Virus record (IMG/VR): IMGVR_UViG_637000270_000006
DNA from: a virus
DNA: 64,000 bases
Strand: one strand, 5' to 3'
A model generated the notes under the pieces. The model had not been told where the DNA came from and did no database searches. It was given only the letters and a program-made list of their open reading frames with translations. A program made the position numbers and the translations under genes. Positions 47,445 to 58,105 of this stretch are shown here, piece after piece; within the stretch, counting starts at the first letter, position 1; each line of letters begins with the position of its first letter.

Positions 47445-48185
47445 TCCGGCGCTGCCCAATGCCAGTATTACGTGCTGGTATGAGCGAACGTTGCGGCGTG
47501 ATATCAGGGCGATGTCTCGTGAGGTGATAACGGCTATCCAGTCGGTTTTTAACGAGACGGGGATGGCAAACGATGCCAGCCCGGCGGTGCATTTTAGAAC
47601 GTTGCTGCGCCAACTCACCACGCGTTGGGGACGGCGCTTCAATCGATTATCGCAAGAGATAGCAAAGGCCTTTTATACACGAACACAAGGTCATACTGAC
47701 CGGGCCCTGATAGTGCAGCTCAAGGCGATGGGCTTTGCCCTTGATTTCAACATGACCGCCGAGATGCACAATGCCTCAACTGCGATCATCGCCGAGAATG
47801 TCTCGCTGATAAAATCGATACCGCAGAACTATTTCACACAGATTGAATCACTGGTGATGCAGTCAGTGGTACGTGGCGGCGATTTGGGCACCTTGACCCA
47901 GCAGTTAACCGAGCAATACCGCGTCACGGCGCGTCGGGCGCAGCTGATTGCGCGAGACCAGACCCGCAAGGCTAATGCGACGCTGGCGGTTATCCGGCAA
48001 CGTTCGCTGGGGATAACGAAGGGTATCTGGCAGCACACCGGTGCCGGTCAACATCCCAGGGCTGACCATGTGGCCGCCAGTTTGACCTCGCCAAAGGGTG
48101 TCTGATTAGCGGCGAATATCTCCTTCCCGGACAAAAAATTAACTGTGGCTGCCTCTGGCGGCCCGTTCTCCCGTTTCAGGATTAA
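47419..48185 (+). pseudogene. Head morphogenesis protein (SPP1 gp7/Mu gpF-like), frameshift near 48080
   Basis: RAQLIARDQTRK, HPRADH; C-terminal LPGQKINCGC lies in another frame. Confidence 0.8.
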
Positions 48186-48188
48186 TCC

Positions 48189-49292
48189 ATGCCAATCACA
48201 AATGAACGCCTTGCGATGGACTCTGCCCGCGAGGTAGACCGGTTCGGCAAGATGTTTGTGCGCGACAATCGTATCAGCAAGGCCACCATCAACGACTATT
48301 ACGGGGAGGAAATCCCCGGCCATGAAAAACTTGGGCTGCAAAAAAAGCGGCTCTATCGCCTTTTACGGGCCCCCGAGGAGCTTGAGCAGTCCACCGCCAG
48401 TTTTCGCGGTATTCCCGTGCTGCTAGGGCATCCAGAGAACAATAACACCCGGCCACTGGCTGACTTGGCGGTCGGTGCGGTGATGAACGATGTGCGCTAT
48501 GAACATCCTTACCTGGTGGCCTCTATTGTGGTCTGGGATGCGGGTGCACAGGCCGGTATCGAAACCGATATCCAGCGCGAACTCTCCCCGTCATACAAGT
48601 ACACGGCGGATATGACACCGGGTGAGTTTGAAGGAGAAAACTATGACGGGGTGATGCTCGATATTCACACTTATCACCTCGCCATCGTACCGGACGGGCG
48701 CACGGGCCCGGATATTCTCGTCAATGACGCAAAACCAGAGGGTTTACCCATGTCAGAAGAAAAAGACACCTCGGCGCAGGATGATGTGCTCGCGGGTCTC
48801 AAGGAGAGCCTGCCAAACGCAAGCGATGAACAATTACAGTCGGTTTCTGAGTTTATGGCTGAGCGCGCCGCAAAAGCCAATGACGAAGAGCAAGACAAAA
48901 AAGCCGATGATGAACAGGACAAAAACGAAAAAGTGGATGACCAGGAGGACGATAAAAAAGCCAACGATGCGCGCCCGCTGACCGCCAATGATGCGGCGAT
49001 TATCGCCCGTCAGGCAACCGAACAGGGCCGTAAGGCGGCCTGGACGGATTTTATGGCGTTACGTCAGGCCGAGCGCGACTGTGCTTCCCTGATTGGTGAA
49101 GTGGCCTGTGATTCGGCCGAAGATGTGTACCGACTGGCGCTGGCGCAAGAAGGTATCGACACCCAAGGTGTTCACCCTTCCGCGTTGCCAAAAATGGTTG
49201 AAGTGCTGAAATCCTGGCCCTCACAACCGGCCACCGTGGCGATGGATGCCCATTCCGTTAACCGCGTAGACAGCTTCTTTGGAGGTCAATAA
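48189..49292 (+). CDS. DUF2213 prohead protease/scaffold-like protein
   Basis: RELSPSYKY, HLAIVPDGRTGPDILVND, acidic linker. Confidence 0.85.
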   Translation: MPITNERLAMDSAREVDRFGKMFVRDNRISKATINDYYGEEIPGHEKLGLQKKRLYRLLRAPEELEQSTASFRGIPVLLGHPENNNTRPLADLAVGAVMNDVRYEHPYLVASIVVWDAGAQAGIETDIQRELSPSYKYTADMTPGEFEGENYDGVMLDIHTYHLAIVPDGRTGPDILVNDAKPEGLPMSEEKDTSAQDDVLAGLKESLPNASDEQLQSVSEFMAERAAKANDEEQDKKADDEQDKNEKVDDQEDDKKANDARPLTANDAAIIARQATEQGRKAAWTDFMALRQAERDCASLIGEVACDSAEDVYRLALAQEGIDTQGVHPSALPKMVEVLKSWPSQPATVAMDAHSVNRVDSFFGGQ

Positions 49293-49774
49293 TGGCATTT
49301 CAACAAAACGTCGGGCTGTATCCGGCTCCTGGGCGTGAAGGGGCGTTTGCCTCCTGTAATGATGCTTTCGCCGTACCGCCGCCGGCTGACGGGTTCCGTG
49401 CGGGGAAAAATGGCCTGAACATGGCCCGTTTCGCCTGGCGCGACACCACCAGCGATGTGCTTCTTAACAATACCGGCACCGGTAAACCGCTTGGCTTCGT
49501 TGGTAATGAGATGACCGGCATCATCGGCCTATTTGACGCGACCACCATGAAAATCAGCGCCGGTACCCACGTCTCCGTGTACATGACCGGGGATTTTTGG
49601 GCGAAAGCGGTGAATGCCGCCGCCATTGGGCAGAAAGTGTTTGCCGTGCTGGCCGATGGCACTCTGAAAACCGGGGCGGCAGATGCCACCGTTGACGGTG
49701 CAGTGGAAACCCCCTTCGTGGTCATGACCGCCGCTGCTGTCGGTGAAATATTCAAAATGTCGAGCTGGAGCTAA
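49292..49774 (+). CDS. Head decoration/cement protein
   Basis: 160 aa, TGDFWA motif, precedes capsid. Confidence 0.75.
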   Translation: MAFQQNVGLYPAPGREGAFASCNDAFAVPPPADGFRAGKNGLNMARFAWRDTTSDVLLNNTGTGKPLGFVGNEMTGIIGLFDATTMKISAGTHVSVYMTGDFWAKAVNAAAIGQKVFAVLADGTLKTGAADATVDGAVETPFVVMTAAAVGEIFKMSSWS

Positions 49775-49776
49775 CC

Positions 49777-50808
49777 ATGTCAGGACTTACTCAACAGGAT
49801 TTTCATGCGGTGATGAACCGCGCCAAGGCCGGTGGTGTGACACTGCCTGCGTCCGTCAGTCGCCTCTATCTGGCCAATGACGCGCAGCCGTTGCCGTCCA
49901 CGGTGACCAACGGCGGCATTCCCGCTATTGTTGCCGGCGGCATTGATCCGACCATACTGAAAACCATCTTCGCACCAACGCGCGCGGCTGAAATTTACGG
50001 TGAACGTAAGCTGGGGGCCTGGGAGCTGGATTACCATCTGATTGGCCGCTCGGAATACTCAGGCGAGACTGTGTCTTATGGCGATTACAATAATAACGGC
50101 GCGAACCAGGTCAATATCCAATGGGAGAATATCCGCCAGTATCGTTACCAGAGCATGATCACCTATGGCGATCTGGAAGTGAAACGTTACGGTTTGGCAT
50201 TGGTTAATTATGTGGCTGAAAAGCAGAATGCCATTGCCAATACATTGAATATCGTGCGCAACAAGTTCGCTTTCTACGGCGTTTCAGGCGTGAACCACGG
50301 GGTGCTGAATGATCCGTCCCTGCCCACGCCGATCACCCCCGTGGCGAATGCCAGTAAGAAAACGCAGTGGAAAGATAAAACCATCCAGGAGCGCTATAAC
50401 GATATTCTGGCGCTGTACGGCGATCTGGTCGGCCGCACTCACGGTGCCGTCGGGGATGGGGTAGATATGGCTTCGCCGTTAAAACTGGTGCTTTCTAACC
50501 AGGCGTCGGTCTACCTGAAAAGCGCTAATGAAAGCTTTAATACCTCGCTGGAAGACATGATTAAGAAAGCCTTCCCAAATCTGGTGATTGAAACCGCGCC
50601 GCAGTTCAGTACCGATGCCGGTGAACTGATGCAGATGTTCCTGCCGGAATGGGGTGGCCAGCCGTCATGCTATGTGGCCTTCTCGGAAAAATACCGCGCG
50701 CATCCGGTCATCACCCAGCCGTCAAGCTGGGAGCAGAAAGTGTCCGCCGGAACCTTTGGTACCGTCATTACACAGCCGATGCTGTTTGCTCAAATGTTGG
50801 GGATTTAA
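49777..50808 (+). CDS. Major capsid protein (DUF2184 family)
   Basis: 343 aa, NKFAFYGV..GVLNDPSL, KYRAHPV, TFGTVITQP. Confidence 0.85.
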   Translation: MSGLTQQDFHAVMNRAKAGGVTLPASVSRLYLANDAQPLPSTVTNGGIPAIVAGGIDPTILKTIFAPTRAAEIYGERKLGAWELDYHLIGRSEYSGETVSYGDYNNNGANQVNIQWENIRQYRYQSMITYGDLEVKRYGLALVNYVAEKQNAIANTLNIVRNKFAFYGVSGVNHGVLNDPSLPTPITPVANASKKTQWKDKTIQERYNDILALYGDLVGRTHGAVGDGVDMASPLKLVLSNQASVYLKSANESFNTSLEDMIKKAFPNLVIETAPQFSTDAGELMQMFLPEWGGQPSCYVAFSEKYRAHPVITQPSSWEQKVSAGTFGTVITQPMLFAQMLGI

Positions 50809-50810
50809 TC

Positions 50811-51154
50811 ATGGCACAAAAAATCATTGTTGGATGCCGCCTGCCACACGGTCTTAGCGTCACGGTTGATGGCGTCCGCGTGAACTTTAGCGGCGCCAGT
50901 CGCGGCGTTAAATCTGAAGAGGGGGTGTTTACGCCCTTCGGTGTAAATGGCTGTGGTATTACCCGTGATGTCGATGCCGAGTGGTTCGACACATTTTTGG
51001 GGCTTTACGCCGCCGCGCCTTATGTCCAGAAGGGATTGATTTTTCAAATCAAGTCCGAAAACGCCATTCATGATACCACCCGTGAACGCAAAGGGGTAAA
51101 AACCGGCATGGAGCAGGTGGTGCCGAAGGTGCTGTCGTCACGGAGCGCGTGTAA
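50811..51154 (+). pseudogene. Virion-associated hypothetical protein, 1-bp deletion near 3' end
   Basis: MAQKIIVGCRLPHGL; restoring one G gives ...VPKGAVVTERV-TAA abutting ATG 51155. Confidence 0.6.
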
Positions 51155-51577
51155 ATGGCGGCGGTCACGCTTGATATCCCCCGATTTCGGGCGTGGTATC
51201 CTCGCTTTAGCAATGTTACCAATGACGCACTCGTTTACCTTTTTGACCTGGCCTGTATGGGGTTTGATAACAGCGATTTTTCGCTCGAATCCAACCTCGA
51301 TAAACGCGAGCGCCTGCTGTATTTGCTGCTGGCCCACCTGGCCTATGGCCGCTATGGTGACGCGGACGGTCATGGTGGTGAGGGGGCTGTGGGACGTATC
51401 GGCAGCGCCAGCGAAGGCAGCGTCAGCGTCTCTTTTGATATCGGCACTGGACTGCCCTTTGACGCCGTCTGGTATATGCAGAGCGAATATGGGCAACTCT
51501 TCTGGCAGCTGACCAAACCCTACCGGCTGTTTGCCTATTTACCCGGCGAAACAGGAGGGGCACGTTGCGTAAGATGA
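51155..51577 (+). CDS. DUF4054 head-tail protein
   Basis: FRAWYPRF, LLLAHLA, VGRIGSASEGSVSVS, YGQLFWQ. Confidence 0.85.
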   Translation: MAAVTLDIPRFRAWYPRFSNVTNDALVYLFDLACMGFDNSDFSLESNLDKRERLLYLLLAHLAYGRYGDADGHGGEGAVGRIGSASEGSVSVSFDIGTGLPFDAVWYMQSEYGQLFWQLTKPYRLFAYLPGETGGARCVR

Positions 51578-52029
51578 AAGCCCTTCTTGACGCGCAGGAG
51601 AAGCAGCTTCAGTCACGCAGACTGAAAGTGGGCTTTGCCGCAGGCGCAACCTACCCTGATGGCACGTCGGTGCCGGTGGTGGTTTATACGAATGAGGTGG
51701 GGCGACCGGAGAAAAGACAGCCTCCACGCCCTTTTTTCCATATTGCCATCGCTGAACATCAGGTGGACTGGGTGCGCACCTGTACTCGGGCGTTACGTGC
51801 CGGCGTAGACACCGATACGGCATTAAATCTGGTGGGCGAGCAGGCGGTTGCGGATGTGCAGACCTCAATCCTGGCGCTGTCATCCCCACCATTGGCACAG
51901 AAGACCCTTTACCGGCGGCGCACGCGGCAATCGCCGCCCAAAAACCTTAACGATGATCCTCTTGTTGATACACGTGTGATGTTAAACAGCGTCACGCACT
52001 GGGTAGGAGGCGAGGATGAACCTGCATAA
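51565..52029 (+). CDS. Neck/tail-completion protein
   Basis: LKVGF, PPRPFF, PLVDTRVMLNSV. Confidence 0.7.
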   Translation: MRKMKALLDAQEKQLQSRRLKVGFAAGATYPDGTSVPVVVYTNEVGRPEKRQPPRPFFHIAIAEHQVDWVRTCTRALRAGVDTDTALNLVGEQAVADVQTSILALSSPPLAQKTLYRRRTRQSPPKNLNDDPLVDTRVMLNSVTHWVGGEDEPA

Positions 52030-52405
52030 GCTGGCCAGCCGGGCGATTGGCCGCGTCAATCCGTTTATTGAGGCGCGCGTACGTCGCGCGTCCGGGTGGA
52101 CGGCGTCACCCGGTGCCAGGCAGAAACCCCAATACCAGCCAGATCAGCGCGTCTCTATCCAGTTTCAGCCCTTATCATCCGATGATCTGCAGCATGTTGA
52201 CGGCCTGAATCTTCAGGGGATAGTGAAGTCCATTTACGTTGACGGCAATTTTTATGGGGCAGTACGCCGTGAGCAAATAGGCGGCGATCTGTTTCTTGTC
52301 AATGGCGAGACCTGGCTGGTTGAACAGGCAATAGAGCTGTGGCCAGACTGGTGCCGGCTCCTGGTCAGGAGGCAGGATGATGCAAGTGACCTTAACGCTG
52401 GATGA
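52016..52405 (+). CDS. Head-tail adaptor-like virion protein
   Basis: MNLH, GGDLF, ELWPDWC; structural operon position. Confidence 0.65.
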   Translation: MNLHKLASRAIGRVNPFIEARVRRASGWTASPGARQKPQYQPDQRVSIQFQPLSSDDLQHVDGLNLQGIVKSIYVDGNFYGAVRREQIGGDLFLVNGETWLVEQAIELWPDWCRLLVRRQDDASDLNAG

Positions 52406-52910
52406 TATCCTTGATGTGCTTCAGGCATTTCTGGTCGGCAACATCGGGATCGGTGAAGTCTGGTCGTCACAGGTTAACCGGGTCCCCATGCCCCATGGCG
52501 ATGTCGCTATCATGACGCCGTTGTTCTTCAAGCGGCTAGGGACAACCTGGGCGACGAACCAGGATACCGGTAATACCGACAGCAGCACGGTGACGAAACA
52601 CGTGCTACGCACCCTTGATGTTCAAATTGACCTTTACGGCCGTCGTGCTGCTGAAAACACGGTGATGCTGGAGACGCTGTTTCGTGATGGGTACGCCGTG
52701 GACGCTATCCATGCCCTTCATCCGGCCATAACGCCATTGTATGCCAGTGACGTTCGTCAGAATGTGTTTAATACCGATGCACACCAGTACCTTGAGCGCT
52801 ACACCGTCACCCTGACGATGCAGACCCAGATTGACATTATCATTCCGCAGGCGTTTTTTGACCGGGCGGCGGTATCGCCTTATCAGGCAGACCAGGAGAC
52901 TTTAGCATGA
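52377..52910 (+). CDS. Tail terminator/neck protein
   Basis: QVNRVPMP, VQIDLYG, YLERY; directly before sheath. Confidence 0.65.
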   Translation: MMQVTLTLDDILDVLQAFLVGNIGIGEVWSSQVNRVPMPHGDVAIMTPLFFKRLGTTWATNQDTGNTDSSTVTKHVLRTLDVQIDLYGRRAAENTVMLETLFRDGYAVDAIHALHPAITPLYASDVRQNVFNTDAHQYLERYTVTLTMQTQIDIIIPQAFFDRAAVSPYQADQETLA

Positions 52911-54388
52911 TCCCCTTACAACGCGATTTTTCCATTACCCCGGGCGTCATCAGTGCGGCAGGCACGGCGCTGGATATGACGGGCTTGTTGTTGACCGGCA
53001 ATGACCTGGCCCCAACCGGTAGCGTACAGGCGTTTTCCACGCAGGCCGCCGTGGGTGACTATTTTGGCGCTGCGTCGGACGAATACACGGCAGCCGGACT
53101 CTATTTTAACGGTTACGACAACGCCACGACACGGGCGAGTACGCTACTGATAGGCCGCTTTGTGACTGACGAGGCCGGTGCGTCGGCCTGGTTGGTCTCG
53201 GGCAGTTTCAAGGGCCAGCCCGTGACGGCATTGCAAGCGGTGAGTGGTAAGCTCAAGCTGACGGTTGATGGCCAATCCGTGACCAGCAGTGATATCAATC
53301 TGAGTGCAGTGACCAGCTATGATGCGGCCGCCGCCGCCCTTGAAACGGCGATAGGCAACAAGGTGTCAGTCAAATGGTTATCGGTCCAGCAGCGTTTTCG
53401 CGTCAGCAGCGTGAAAGCGGGCGCAGACAGCACGATAACCTTTGCCTCGGGGAGTGCTGCCGCGGCGCTGAAATTGACCGCTGACAGCGGTGCAGCGTTG
53501 TCTCAGGGCGCAGCCCCCTCAGTGGTTGCCGAAACGATGGATACCTTGACCCGAGCGCATCAGAACTGGGTATTGTTTACTACGCTGTTTGCGCCGACCA
53601 CCGCACAAAGCCTGGCGTTTGCTGCCTGGGCGACGCAGCAGAACTACCGTTTTGGCTATATCGCCTGGGATAATACTTCGGCGGGAACGATAGCCAATAA
53701 CCCCGACTGTCTGGCGCATCAGATAATGACGGTGAACGGCTATCAAAATGTTGCCATGATGTACGGCGATTACCGCTATGCCATGACGGCGCTGGCGTAT
53801 GCGGGCTCACTGAATTTTGACGCCACCCATGGGCGCGTCTCCTATAAATTCCGCGCGTTTTCGGGTCTACCTGCGAATGTCACCGATGGCACCATCGCCG
53901 ATGCGCTGGCGTCAAACGGTTACACCTATTACGGTAGGTTCGGGGCGAACAATATCGTCTATCACTATGCCTCAGACGGGGCCATCAGTGGTGCGTTTAA
54001 ATGGCTCGATACCTTTCTGTGCCAGGTGTGGATCAACGCCAACCTGCTCGGGGCTTTCGCCACTGTTTTCACACAGAACCAATCGTTTCCCTTTAATGAA
54101 AAGGGGTATACCGCCTTGCGGGCCTGTGTGATTGATGTGGCGCAAAAAGCCCTGAATTTTGGTGCGATCCGCACCGGGATCACGCTGGACGCCTCACAGA
54201 GCCAGCAGGTGAATAATGCCGTCGGTAAAGAGATTAGTAACACGCTTTATGCTGAGGGATGGTACCTGGCTATCCCGCCACAGAGTGCCACGAACCGCAC
54301 CGAGCGCAAATTAACCGGGGCAGTCTTTTTCTATACTGACGGTAGCCTTATCCAGCATATCCGCCTCGCCTCTCTCGACGTTATGTAA
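52907..54388 (+). CDS. Tail sheath protein (DUF3383)
   Basis: 493 aa, YFGAASDEY, QNWVLFT, NGYTYYG, WLDTFL. Confidence 0.88.
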   Translation: MIPLQRDFSITPGVISAAGTALDMTGLLLTGNDLAPTGSVQAFSTQAAVGDYFGAASDEYTAAGLYFNGYDNATTRASTLLIGRFVTDEAGASAWLVSGSFKGQPVTALQAVSGKLKLTVDGQSVTSSDINLSAVTSYDAAAAALETAIGNKVSVKWLSVQQRFRVSSVKAGADSTITFASGSAAAALKLTADSGAALSQGAAPSVVAETMDTLTRAHQNWVLFTTLFAPTTAQSLAFAAWATQQNYRFGYIAWDNTSAGTIANNPDCLAHQIMTVNGYQNVAMMYGDYRYAMTALAYAGSLNFDATHGRVSYKFRAFSGLPANVTDGTIADALASNGYTYYGRFGANNIVYHYASDGAISGAFKWLDTFLCQVWINANLLGAFATVFTQNQSFPFNEKGYTALRACVIDVAQKALNFGAIRTGITLDASQSQQVNNAVGKEISNTLYAEGWYLAIPPQSATNRTERKLTGAVFFYTDGSLIQHIRLASLDVM

Positions 54389-54397
54389 GGACAATTC

Positions 54398-54832
54398 ATG
54401 CTTACGAATATTACCAGTGCCAATAGCGCACTGCGCATTGTGGTGCCCGAGTTTTACCCAGGGGGCTTCGATGTAGACGATTACGCCGCTGACAGCATGT
54501 TTGAAACCGCCGCGCTTGAAATGGCTGAAGATCTGATGTCCGCGGACGGCAAGTACCACGCCGGTTTTGTCTTCAATCCGACCGAGTTGACGCTCAGCTT
54601 GACGCCGACCTCGTCAGCCGCGACGCGATTTGATAACTGGTATGCCGCCCAGCGCGCCGCTATCACGATCTTCGCCTGTAATGCCATCTTGTCCATACCG
54701 GCCCTGGAAGCCAAATACAGCTTCGTTAACGGGGTGCTGTATTCCTGGCCCCCAGCCCCTGTAGGGCAACGTATTCTTGGCGCGCGCCAGGCCGTTTTTC
54801 ATTTTGAGTCGGTGACCCGGAGTGCCCTGTAA
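54398..54832 (+). CDS. Tail tube protein
   Basis: NITSANS, SADGK..AGFVFNP; after sheath. Confidence 0.8.
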   Translation: MLTNITSANSALRIVVPEFYPGGFDVDDYAADSMFETAALEMAEDLMSADGKYHAGFVFNPTELTLSLTPTSSAATRFDNWYAAQRAAITIFACNAILSIPALEAKYSFVNGVLYSWPPAPVGQRILGARQAVFHFESVTRSAL

Positions 54833-55254
54833 TGCGAAAAACACATGAGTATGTCGTGAAAGAGCAAAACCGTGATGCGGGCAAGGTGTTTATCATCACC
54901 AAAATGTCCGCCGTGGCGGGTGAATATTTGGCTGAAGAGATGTTCAGAGTCATGGGCCAGTCACGTTTTTACAGCATTCCGCCCGAGGTGGTGCAGATGG
55001 GCACGGCGGGGTTGGCGACAGTCGGCCTCACGGCCCTTGCCAATGCAGATCGTGAGGCGGCCAGGCTTATCAGCCAGCGACTGTTGTCCACGGTAAAAAT
55101 ACGGATTAAGCATGAGGGCAAGGTGATAGAGCGGGCGCTAGATCCTGATAATGATTTTGAGGAGATTTCTACCCTGCGCGCGCTTAAAGATAACGTTTTC
55201 AGGCTCAATTTCGATTTTTTAACCGTCGCCGCCGAATCGACTACCCCTGCCTGA
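54832..55254 (+). CDS. Tail assembly chaperone (G-like)
   Basis: RDAGKVFIITKMSA; ends ...FRLNFDFL at slippery site. Confidence 0.8.
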   Translation: MRKTHEYVVKEQNRDAGKVFIITKMSAVAGEYLAEEMFRVMGQSRFYSIPPEVVQMGTAGLATVGLTALANADREAARLISQRLLSTVKIRIKHEGKVIERALDPDNDFEEISTLRALKDNVFRLNFDFLTVAAESTTPA

Positions 55255-55466
55255 GAGACGGCGGCAGTCCCTCGTCACTGGTCACGACCCGCAATATCTC
55301 CCCGCATATCGCCGCCGTGGTGCGTTCAGGTAAAGCGCGCTTAATTGAGCTGCAGCGGGATTACAGCGTGAAAGATCTGTGGGATTTTTTGGAAATGATA
55401 GCGGTGGAAAGCCATAACCACGCTGCCTGGCAGCATTACAGCGAGGTCAACCATGGACGTCGATGA
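55215..55466 (+). CDS. -1 frameshift extension of tail chaperone (GT-like)
   Basis: Slippery T TTT TTA at 55215-55221; -1 frame open to TGA 55464 (ISPHIAAVVRSGKARLIELQRDYSVKDLWDFLE). Confidence 0.75.
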   Translation, partial: FFNRRRRIDYPCLRDGGSPSSLVTTRNISPHIAAVVRSGKARLIELQRDYSVKDLWDFLEMIAVESHNHAAWQHYSEVNHGRR

Positions 55467-57300
55467 GTATGTCTATGTCTACCGGGTAGACGCCCGCGAT
55501 TTTCTTAACAACAAAAAGAAAATCGTCATTGCCCTGGATGATCTGGATAAACACACGGTACACAGTGGAAAACAGGTCAGTGTGCTCAGTAAACAGGTGG
55601 CCGCCAGTGGGCGGGAGGGGGTCAATGCCTTTTCTGCGCTATCCAAGGCGGCGCTGGGTTTCTTTGGCGTTTCCCTGACGCTTGGCGGCATAACGGGCCT
55701 GCTGGGCGGCATATCGCGCACCCTGACCCAGCTGGGAAACCAGTCCGCCTATCTGGCTATCCCGGCACAACGTCTTGATGGGCTGTCTCGTGCCGCAGAA
55801 GCCGCCGGCAGCAGTACCGGCGCAGTGATGACGCAGCTAAAAAACCTGCGCGATTCACAGGCATGGCTACGTGCCGGTATTACGGATGTCAATGACTATA
55901 CGCTGGCGTTATCACAGTTACAGGGCGTCACCGGGGTAGACATTATCGGTGCAACATCGCCAGATGAGGCCTTCGCACGTGTTGGCCAGGCATTGCGATC
56001 GCTCAAAAACGCCGATCTGCGTCTGCAATACGCTAACCGGCTCGGACTCGACGCGGGCTTGCAACGCAGCATGAGCGACCAGACATTTGACCGTAACGCC
56101 AGCACATTTACCCGTAATTCACGTTTGACCCCCGCGCTGATTGCCCAGGCGCAACGGGTCAATGCCCAGCTCGAAGATCTGAAGCAACAGATGGGGATTT
56201 TAAGCCTGCAGGCGTACGACGCCATTATTCCGATAGCCGAAGCGCTGATGCCCATACTGAAAGACCTGATTAAATATGTTGCCGATCATGGCGATGATAT
56301 TGCGGCCTTTTTCAAATCAGGCGCGGCAGGCATCCAGGACTTTACGGCGGCGGTCGGCGGCGCGGAAAATGCCATGAAGCTGCTGCTGGCAGCCTGGGTA
56401 GCGGTCAAAGCAAAAGGATTATTGACGGGTGGCGCGGTGGGGGCTGCTGGTAGGGCAGGGGCCCTCGGAGCGGCCCTCACGGCAACCGGCGCGTATGTGA
56501 CCACCGCATCGGGCGTGGAGGTGTGGGAGCGACTCAAGGCATTAAAAGACGGACGACACTATGGCGGGATCGCCACACAAAGCGAAGAGATGCGTGAGCT
56601 TGTACGGCTGAAGCGTCACAATCTGGCGGTAAATAGCGCTCAGGTTGCACAGCATGCACAGTCTGCTCGCCTATCGAGGGGGATCCGCAACAACAATCCC
56701 GGCAACATTGAGTTTAGGAGGCAGCAGGGGGCGACGGGGAGTGATGGGCGCTATGCCATCTTCGAGACACCCTACACGGGGATCAAGGCGCTATCGGGAC
56801 AGTTGATGCGCTATTACAGCGGACAAACCACCGGGCGGCCATTGCGCACCGTTAACGATATTATCTCTACGTGGGCACCGGCCGGTGAAAATAATACCGC
56901 CGCCTATATTGCGCAGGTGTCCAAGGCGCTAGGTGTTGAGGCGCATACGCGACTTGACCTTAATGATAACGCCGTGATGCAAAAACTGGTGTCGGCCATT
57001 ATTCGGCATGAAAACGGCACTAACCCTTATGACGCATTGACCCTTGCCAAGGCGGTAGCAGACAGTCGTACCGACAATCCGCAGATGGCAGCGTACTACC
57101 CGCAGCAGCAACGCGCTCTCCAACAGGCGCAGACGGTCAATCATAGCCAGCGTGTCAGCCATACCGTAACGGAAAATCATATCCAGAACGTAAATGTGAC
57201 GACGAACACGGCACAGGCTGATGTGCTGCTCGAGCAGATACAGCAAAAGGCGCGCCAATCGCAGCTGACCGCGCCGTATATCAGCGGCGTCATGCCGTAA
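55453..57300 (+). CDS. Tape measure protein with C-terminal lysozyme-like domain
   Basis: 615 aa, Ala/Gly/Leu-rich helical body, RGIRNNNPGNI...WAPAGENNTAAY...IIRHENG. Confidence 0.85.
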   Translation: MDVDEYVYVYRVDARDFLNNKKKIVIALDDLDKHTVHSGKQVSVLSKQVAASGREGVNAFSALSKAALGFFGVSLTLGGITGLLGGISRTLTQLGNQSAYLAIPAQRLDGLSRAAEAAGSSTGAVMTQLKNLRDSQAWLRAGITDVNDYTLALSQLQGVTGVDIIGATSPDEAFARVGQALRSLKNADLRLQYANRLGLDAGLQRSMSDQTFDRNASTFTRNSRLTPALIAQAQRVNAQLEDLKQQMGILSLQAYDAIIPIAEALMPILKDLIKYVADHGDDIAAFFKSGAAGIQDFTAAVGGAENAMKLLLAAWVAVKAKGLLTGGAVGAAGRAGALGAALTATGAYVTTASGVEVWERLKALKDGRHYGGIATQSEEMRELVRLKRHNLAVNSAQVAQHAQSARLSRGIRNNNPGNIEFRRQQGATGSDGRYAIFETPYTGIKALSGQLMRYYSGQTTGRPLRTVNDIISTWAPAGENNTAAYIAQVSKALGVEAHTRLDLNDNAVMQKLVSAIIRHENGTNPYDALTLAKAVADSRTDNPQMAAYYPQQQRALQQAQTVNHSQRVSHTVTENHIQNVNVTTNTAQADVLLEQIQQKARQSQLTAPYISGVMP

Positions 57301-57310
57301 AGGGGGTCCT

Positions 57311-58105
57311 ATGGCGTTCGTTAATCGCAATAGGCTGAATATCAATGCCGCCACCCTGTTCAATGCCTTGGGCGGTGGCAGTCCACTCAGTATCATCAAC
57401 AGTATCGTCGGGGCGTCTTACCGTATTCTAAAGCATAAGACGTCAGAAAATGCATTAGGGTTTGATGGCGTCGTGGCGCTGCAGCCCACCAAAGGGGCAA
57501 ACATTCTTACTGCACCCGTGGCCCAAGGCCAGTACGGTGCCTTCAACAAGATCCAATCGCCCGGCAAGCTGACGGTCAGGGTGGTGATTAACGGCTTTAC
57601 CGGATATGCCGGCTCAATACCGAATCTGGCTAACCTGACGCTGACCAGCCAAAGCGATATCCTGGCGGCCATCGACGACATGATCGCCAATACCGATCTG
57701 TACGATATTGAAACACCGAAAGAAACGTTTGTCAGCTATGATCTGGTGGGCAAGGACTACAGCGTGACAGCAAGAAACGGCGTCACCTTGCTGGTCGTGG
57801 ATCTGTTTTTTCAGGAGGTGATACAGGCGACAGAGGTCGTGCTGTCCTCCCCGGCGACGCGTAACCGCCCTGCCGCCAATGCCACGGCGAAGAGTGCCAG
57901 TGCGGTCACTGAATCGGTACCCGGTAATACCCGTAGTGTGAGCCTGGATACGGTGAAAGCGGTACCACGCAGCGGACAGCCTGTTCCCGCGCCGGGCAAT
58001 ACCCGCGCACTCAAGACGGTCGGGCAATCGCCGCAGGCGGTCGGTAGCGCCACCGGCAACGCCCTTCGTCAAGATATTCACGCTATCGCGCAAGGACTTT
58101 TCTGA
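57311..58105 (+). CDS. Baseplate/tail-tube initiator protein
   Basis: [30 protein letters not shown]; after TMP. Confidence 0.65.
   Translation: MAFVNRNRLNINAATLFNALGGGSPLSIINSIVGASYRILKHKTSENALGFDGVVALQPTKGANILTAPVAQGQYGAFNKIQSPGKLTVRVVINGFTGYAGSIPNLANLTLTSQSDILAAIDDMIANTDLYDIETPKETFVSYDLVGKDYSVTARNGVTLLVVDLFFQEVIQATEVVLSSPATRNRPAANATAKSASAVTESVPGNTRSVSLDTVKAVPRSGQPVPAPGNTRALKTVGQSPQAVGSATGNALRQDIHAIAQGLF

Noticed and set aside
50649-51512. 287-aa ORF spanning capsid end to DUF4054
   Set aside because: Artefact of a 1-bp deletion that lets the 50811 gene read through into an off-frame of the next gene.
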